Positions 8,415 to 16,200 of a DNA stretch of 31,093 bases are shown here, one piece after another. Position 1 is the stretch's first letter; each line of letters starts with the position of its first letter. This DNA comes from an archaeon (lineage in GTDB: Archaea > Asgardarchaeota > Thorarchaeia > Thorarchaeales > Thorarchaeaceae): assembly GCA_024276825.1 (NCBI GenBank), contig JAJRWI010000064.1:1-31093 (forward strand). The letters run 5' to 3'. The position numbers were made by a program, and so were the translations under genes. The notes beneath the pieces were generated by a model that worked only from the letters and a program-made list of their open reading frames with translations, ran no database searches and was not told where the DNA came from.

Positions 8415-9679
8415 TCTTTTCTTAGGATCACAATGCTCTCTTTGTGCATTGTATCGGCTTTTATTCCTTCAACATTCTCGGGAGCATTTTGCCACGGCAT
8501 GCGCTTTGTGGGTATATCTCTGTAAATTGTCTTCTCATGGGTGAATCCTAGTTCTTTCGCTAGCTCTGCAATTATCATATCGGTTGGAATACGTACTCTA
8601 CTAACGAGTCGATTTCCAATTACAATGCATGCTCGAGTTCCCTGCTTTAACTTTTCATGAATGCTTTCCAATGACTGATTGAGATCGTAGAAGAAGTTGT
8701 AGACTTGCTTTGCTCTTTTGGCACTGTTCTCCTTGACTCTAGCATAAGTTTCATTCAATGTGGGACTTGGCAGTTCGATATTATCGAAACTTCTGTGATT
8801 CTGACCCCCAAGACTTAGTTTATCAACTGATTTGATTGATGTTTCATCAAGCCCAATCCAAAGCGCTGGGTACTTCGAGAATTGGCCATATGCCACAGTT
8901 GTTCCGCTATCGCCATAGGGCGGTGATGTGACTACTAGGTCAATGCTTTCTGGATCGATGGGTGCTAAGCGATTATCGATTTCAAATATTATTGGGATAG
9001 GTGGTCGCATATTAGACAAGAACTTGGCAAATGACTTCATTAATCGCACATTTCGATTCAAATACTTAGAAAATGTATTAATAACATCAGGATTGAACTC
9101 TGCAAGCTTTTCTGGTTTCATTCTGACAATTTTAAACTCACGTTTCTTTAGATTTGACACCTCTCTAACAGTGAGAGATAAACATAATTTGAAAAAGTCG
9201 CGGATTATCTCATTTTCAGTTTCATTGATTATCAGCCGAAGTCTTGCAAGGTCTTCTTGAACATAATCTTTGAACCAATAATTAATATTTGGCAAAGCTG
9301 GAATTTCCACGTTACTAATCCTTTCAGCCTTTGCAATTCTTTTCAATATCATCATCATTGATTCATCTAATTCATCGGGTGGGATAATCGTGGTCTTTAC
9401 TCGTGATAGAAAGACGGCAAATGGATTTAGATCAGTGCCAATTGATTTTCTATTAGACAACATAGATTCTATGAGGGTGGTTCCTGAGCCGCAAAATGGG
9501 TCCCATACTAAATCGCCCTTATTAGAATAGGTAAGGATAAGACGCCTTGCGATTTGGGGAATCATCCTTGCGGGATATGGATGAAGGCCATGAGTCAGAT
9601 AATTTGTTTCTTCACCTGCATATGTCCAATCATCTGATTCTCCTTCATCAGTAAACTCTTCGAGGCGGCTTTGTTCCAT
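8411..9679 (-). CDS. N4-cytosine DNA methyltransferase, M.MvaI-like (predicted CCWGG)
   Basis: THGLHPYPARMIPQ, motif I DPFCGSGT, EFKIVRMKPEKL, motif IV TSPPYGDSGTTVAYGQFS, IPTDMII and RDIPTKRMP..N are collinear with my recollection of M.MvaI. Confidence 0.92.
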   Translation of the reverse strand: MEQSRLEEFTDEGESDDWTYAGEETNYLTHGLHPYPARMIPQIARRLILTYSNKGDLVWDPFCGSGTTLIESMLSNRKSIGTDLNPFAVFLSRVKTTIIPPDELDESMMMILKRIAKAERISNVEIPALPNINYWFKDYVQEDLARLRLIINETENEIIRDFFKLCLSLTVREVSNLKKREFKIVRMKPEKLAEFNPDVINTFSKYLNRNVRLMKSFAKFLSNMRPPIPIIFEIDNRLAPIDPESIDLVVTSPPYGDSGTTVAYGQFSKYPALWIGLDETSIKSVDKLSLGGQNHRSFDNIELPSPTLNETYARVKENSAKRAKQVYNFFYDLNQSLESIHEKLKQGTRACIVIGNRLVSRVRIPTDMIIAELAKELGFTHEKTIYRDIPTKRMPWQNAPENVEGIKADTMHKESIVILRKD

Positions 9680-9792
9680 TATACTTCATCAACTATAAGA
9701 AATCCATTCATATCAACGTTCTGCTGTCAACAAATGAATATAATCTCGTAAATAATCCTACTCAGATGTAAATTGGAGCAATGTGCCAATTA

Positions 9793-10086
9793 TTAGTCAA
9801 TCTCATCTTCAAATAGGTCCCCAAACTCTGAAACATCGATAGGCCAATCGCCCTGATTTGAAATCCACCAAAACAAGGCCACTCCGATGTCGATTGTAAT
9901 CACCCAGAAAGCAGCAACTGCAAAGAATTGGAGAACTAACGCGGTGTTCGAAGCATCTGGTCTTCCCCACCAGAGCAATGATGCAAACATTATGACTTGA
10001 ACAAGTAGACCAAGTAGAATCACAACTTGAGTGAAAAAAAGCATCTTTTGTTCAGTCACAAAGGTCTTGAACTTCTCTCTAGACAC
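9793..10086 (-). CDS. Small two-TM membrane protein of unknown function
   Basis: ORF 9793..10143. GTG at 10086 is preceded by GGTGA. Two hydrophobic helices and an acidic tail (SEFGDLFEDEID). Confidence 0.7.
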   Translation of the reverse strand: MSREKFKTFVTEQKMLFFTQVVILLGLLVQVIMFASLLWWGRPDASNTALVLQFFAVAAFWVITIDIGVALFWWISNQGDWPIDVSEFGDLFEDEID

Positions 10087-10100
10087 GCAATTCACCAAAT
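10086..10100 (+). repeat. 15-bp direct repeat, copy 2 (CGCAATTCACCAAAT)
   Basis: Exact copy of 7585-7599; also contains the minus-strand RBS of the small membrane gene. Confidence 0.55.
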
Positions 10101-10292
10101 AGGATAAAGGTTTCAGTTTAATAGGTCTTTGCAATACAAACACTTGGTTCTTTTATATTGAAACTTATCGATGAAAGAATATAACTTGTGCGAATTTTGG
10201 AAAAACTATTTCTTTTTTTTAATGTTAAAGCAAATCCTTATATCAATTTGAATTGGGAAATTCACAGTACTGCGTGGTGGATGTTGTAGAAT

Positions 10293-13200
10293 TTGAAGAT
10301 TCAACGCTTTTCCATTAGTCTCCTGGTACTCGCAATTATGTTTTTTTCTGGACCTGTCAGCACGCCTGCGATTATTGAATCAGCAAAACTGTCAAATGAT
10401 AATCTCTCTCTGAAGGGCTCTTCCATAGTTTCCGTTGACGATGACTTTCGCTCAGTGGCAAATTGGTCATATGGTCGATATCACGCCCTATTTGTGTCAT
10501 ATCCTCTTGCTTATGTTGGCCATGGGCATATTCTTTCAGTACATGATGTTTCTAATCCTTTGAATATACAAAATGTTTCTGAGATATGGCTCCCGCAGGT
10601 TATTATCGATGTCTTCATTTCTGGATCATATGCATTCGTATCCTTAGAAGATTGGAAATGGTGCATCGTCGACATAAGCAACCTGCATAATCTTGTTATT
10701 GTTGGAACATTTCCTGCCGAAGAACTATTTAGCCAAATTATTGTGTCAGGTAACTATGTATTTCTGAGTTATTACGATGGAGTCTATATCTATGATGTCA
10801 GCAAACCAACAAGTCCGTTGCTTATAAGCTCAATCTCTGTAAATGATATTCACCGTATTAGAATCATTGATTCAACTCTTTATATTCTAAGTGATAGCTT
10901 GATGCTCTACGATGTCAGTGATCCCACAAATCCGAGTCTGATTATTGAACTCCACTATTCAGGCGAATGTTTCAAGGATCTTGCAATCAGAGATAATATC
11001 TGCTACGTTTTGTCATTATATAATGGTGTCTATCAATTCGACATATCTGACTTGGAGTCAATATCTCTCATTCGTACCTTTGAGATCAGTTATCCATCTC
11101 AGATACAGATTGTCGATGATGTGGCATATGTTTCCCAGCAGTCTGGCAAATTATATGTATATTCAATATCTAGCATCAATGATTTTTCATTCTTGGAGGG
11201 GAATGATGAATTTATCTCCATCGCTGATTTTTGGGTTGAAGGTTCTTATGCTTACATAGTTGATTCAAATCTTGGGTTTTCAGTACTAAACATGACTAAT
11301 ATCAATTCCCCAACAGTTCTCAGCACCTCATATAGTCCTGATACTTTATACGATATTGAGATCTCCGGAGATATCATCTATGGTGCTGATTACGATTATG
11401 GACTTGTTATCTACAATGTGAGTGATCCCACTGCTCCAATGAAGATCTACCATCAAGACACCTTTGGAGAATTCATCAAGATATCATTGAAAGAATCATA
11501 TCTTTATGCTGGCACATCTGATGGAAACCTCAAGATATTTGATGTGTCTGATCCGCATTCTATCACAAAGGTCTACGAACAGGGTTTTGGTGTTCTTAAT
11601 GCATTGTATGTCCTTGGCAATTATTTGTATGTGAGCAGTCTCAACAGCCTCTACATCTTTGACATTTCAACAGAGTATTCTCCAAGTATAGTGTCGGCCT
11701 ATACTGCGAATGGCGCAATATATGATGTATACATTTCAGGCAGTTTTGCTTATCTTGCTTGCTCGAATGGACTGGAAATAGTTGACATTTCAATTCTGAG
11801 CAACCCGATATATGGTGGCTTTTACCCTTCGAATCGAGTATATAGTGTCCATGTTGACAATGATTATGCGTATCTTGCAATGGGCTCAAATGGGATATAC
11901 ATAGTAGATGTATCAAATCATGCTGATCTCAGTCTGCTTGCCTCCGGGTCGACTACTAATGCAAGAAGCCTTACCTATGCTAACAATTTGCTGTTTGTTG
12001 CTGATGGCACCTATGGAATAAGAATATTCGATGTTAGAGATCAAATGAGTCCTGTTGAGATTGATTCTCTGACCCTAAGTGGAGACTGTAGAGATTTGGT
12101 CATAAATGGCGACTATCTCTATGCTGCAAATTATGACTATGGACTGCGGGTTGTCAATATCACAAACATTGGTTCAGTCACTGAGATCTCAAAGGGATTT
12201 CCATATGACAAGTACTATCGTATTAGGAAAATGGATGACTTGGCATTTGTTTCTTCAATGGGCGGAGGATATAGCATTTACAATGTTAGTGATCCCAGCT
12301 GCCCCGACTTGATATACTGGACTCCCGATATTAGTTCATGGATTGTTGAACCCATTGACCTCAACACAATCGCAGTAGGCGCAGATAACGGCCTAACTAT
12401 CTATGATATTTCTGATCTTGATAGGTTAATGAAACTAAGTTCTATGCTATCAACTCGAATTAATGACATAGTGATTCAAAATAATCTAATGTACGTGACC
12501 ACTACAAGCAGTATGTTCTATGTATATGACATCACTAACCCAAGCAATCCTTTAATACTAGACAGCATTTATCTTGAATCATGTTCACAGATCTATTTGG
12601 CAGGATCTAATGCTTTTGTGACCCAGTCATTTTCGTTCTCAATAATTGATGTTTCTGACCTTTCCAATATCGCAATTAGAGGTGAATATGACCTGCCAAA
12701 ATATGCACGAGATATAACAGTACGGAATAATTTATGCGCCATTGCTCTAGATGCTAGAGGGGTGATGTTGTATGACTGTTCAAACATTGACTCGCTGAAG
12801 TTCATATCGTTTGTTCGATACGCTAATACATATTCAGTCGCCTTTGATGAAACTCGTCCAGATGAGATGCTTCTATATGTTTCTGCAACCACGCAGGGAA
12901 TAATGGTGGTTAATGTTTCTGATATGTATCATCCATTCACTACAGAATCTTATAGTATGTCCTCATCAACAATCTATGATGTACTCCCTATTGGCAACTA
13001 CATTTACTTTGTCAACTATCAATATGGTCTTCACATCCTTGAGAAACGCTTGCCATTTGGTCCATTCAAGACAACTGAACTCTTTAGTGATTATCAGCCC
13101 AAGTCAATTGATTCTGATGGTTCTACCATTGTCCTCGCTGATGGCGCAAATGGACTTGTTTTGTTTGATGCAACAAATATAAGTGTGCCAAGATTCGTAT

Positions 13201-16200
13201 CACGAACGAGATCATTCTCTAATGCTGTTGATGTAAAAATCAATGGTTCTACTGTTTTTGTTGCTGATCAATATCTCGGGTTAATTATTCTTGATATAAG
13301 CAGTCCTCAAGATATTGCAATTATTGGATATCTCCCTCTCACAAGCTATAGCCAATGCCTAGTTCAAGACGGTTCACGAATATATGTTGGGACAAGTGGG
13401 GGATTTAAGATAGTGGACATAACTGATATCAGCAATCCGACTATTCTTGGTTCCAGCACATCCTTCAACTGCCAAGGCATCGACGCAGAAGGAAATTATG
13501 TATACATTGCATCAGGTTCGGATGACATCTATTACATATTTGAAGTGAGCGATCCATCATCAATTCAACAGCTCACCAGTCAATCATCTGCCCATCAGAC
13601 CAGGGATGTCTTAATTGACAATAACATCCTTTATGTTTCAGAGATGAATGGAGGAATCTCAGTTGTTAATGTTTCAGATCCTTCATCTCCTCAAAATATT
13701 GGCTATGCTCAGACCAACACTACCCCTTCTTATTCCAAAATGGACATTGCAGGTGACACATTAATAGTTGCTTCCGACAGTCAAACTATATACTTTGTCA
13801 ATGTGAGTTCAAAGACTAGTCCAGTGATATACAAAGAGCTGACATTCTCATATAGTTCTTATGATGTATCTGCTAACGACTCGTTTGTATTTTTGGCAGC
13901 AGACTTTATTGGAATAATAGTGGTCAACATTACTAAACCTGTCACACCGAATATCTGTAGCGCGACTGACAGACCTGAAATATCAGGAATTGCGTTCAGG
14001 GATAACATTGCATTCATTACAGACTCGAACAATGGATTATTCATCCTTAATGTCACTAATTCTAACAATGCACAGATCATAAGTAGTGTCTGGCTTGAGA
14101 AACCAGCAATCGATATTTCTGTGTTAGATAATGTTGCAATGATCTCCTGTGGATATGATGGCTATTATTCAATTGATGTGAGTGATCTCGAGAATCCTCA
14201 AATTGCAGATCATGAAGACACAGTTGAATTCGTATATGAGATTGCAATTAATGGAAGCTATGCATTCGTTGCGAATGGCAATGATGGGTTAAGAATTCTC
14301 AATATTACCGACATCCACAATATCACCTTTGTCAACTCCATTTCTGGCTTCTTTGTTTACTCCGTTAGTGTGAACTCAAACCTTGTATATCTGGGATGTT
14401 CTGATGGCTTTAGGGTTGTCAATGCAACCGACCTGTCCAATCTTCAAGTGATATATTATTCATCATCCGTTGGAAACACCCGTGATGTGTTCATTGAGGG
14501 TGCTTATGCATACCTGGCATCGACTACTAATGGTGTATTCATATTTGACATCTCAATTTCATCTAATATTCAGCAAATTGGTAGTATTGCAAGTATTGGA
14601 AATTGTCAATACATCTATGTTGTCAATTCAACTGCCTATGTTGCAGCTGATGCTGTTGAACTTCTCTTTATCAATGTTTCAAACAAATCTGAACCAACAT
14701 TGATTAATTCCTATAATGACTCTGGAAGCCCAGATGCAATTGCATTTCACTACAATAGTGTCTATTTGCCCTTGCTGTATTATTCCTTGTCGGTCATTCC
14801 TGTTAATGATCCTTACAACATCAGGGAAGTTGGCTTCTATGATACTCCCTATGATATTCTTGACATCTATTCAACACTCAATTATGCATTTATTGCAGAC
14901 AGTGACAATGGTCTTGTAATTGTTGATGTTTCAGATCCGAACATTCCAAAGCTAGAGAGCTATTTTTCAATCGACTCAATCACTTGTGTCTGGGCAAACG
15001 AATCATTGGCTGTCTGCGGCTCACTCTCTACTATCTATATATTGAACATTACCGATAAGACCAATCCTACACTCATCTCAACTTATTCACAGAGTTCTAA
15101 TGATGTTTTAATTGAAGGCAATCTTATGTTCATTGCTTCAAGTTCGTTGGATCTGATAATCGTTAATATTTCTGACCTTACCAGTCCAACATTTGTTTCA
15201 AGTCTGTCTGTTTCAGGAATGGGAAACTCCTTGGCAGTGTCAAACGACTTTGTGTTTTTAGCAACTGCAAACTCTGGACTGAGTGTCGTCAACATTACTG
15301 ATGTCAAAAACCCCTCTGAAGTGAAGCATATTACAATCTCAGCAACCGATCCTCATGTATGTATTGATGATACGGGACTGTTTCTCTATTATGCCAGTGG
15401 AACTAATGGAATTTCAGTCTTTAATATTACTGATCCTGTGAATGCCAGCCAGACTTATTCTGATAGTTCAGGTGTCAATTACATTGATGTAACTTTTAAT
15501 GGCGATTCGATATTCATACCAAATGGTTATGATGGCATAACAATCTACGATGTATCAAATCGTAGCAGTCCAATATACATGACTCGCTCTTTTACTGAAT
15601 CAGGATACAAATACGCGATACACTCCAGTAATAATCTTGCATTTGTGTCATCTAGTGACTATGGCATGCTTGTATTTAACATTACAAACATCTATGGAAT
15701 CTCGTTTCTAGCAGTTAATGCTCAGCCCAATAATCCGAAGGGAATGGCCATTGTTGGTGACACCGCCTATGTGTGCGATGCAAGCGAGGGTGTATATATC
15801 TATAACATTTCTGTACCTTCAACTCCACAGTTTATGCGAAAGATGTATTTTGAAAACACTCTTGCAAACATTTTCGTATACCAAGATTTCCTGTTCGTCA
15901 TGCAAGAAAGCAATGGCTTCTACATATACAATATAACAGATTCTCTGTCACCAGCACTTATTACCTTCTATCAATTGGCCGGTACACTCTATGATATGTC
16001 ATTTGATAATGACCTTGCGTATGTCTTGAGATCAAGCAGCATTGCAGTCATTAATATTACCGAGATCGAACATCCAATATTGATTGGAACTCATTCATTG
16101 TCCAACACCCCCTCCCGCATTATCGTAAATTCTAATATTGCTTATGTCTGCGAAAAATACTATGATTTTTACATCTTTGATGTTTCAGACCCAACAAGCT

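Noticed and set aside
7577-9793. Imperfect terminal inverted repeats (11/14) around the MvaI cassette
   Set aside because: Too degenerate; no transposase or target-site duplication to support it.
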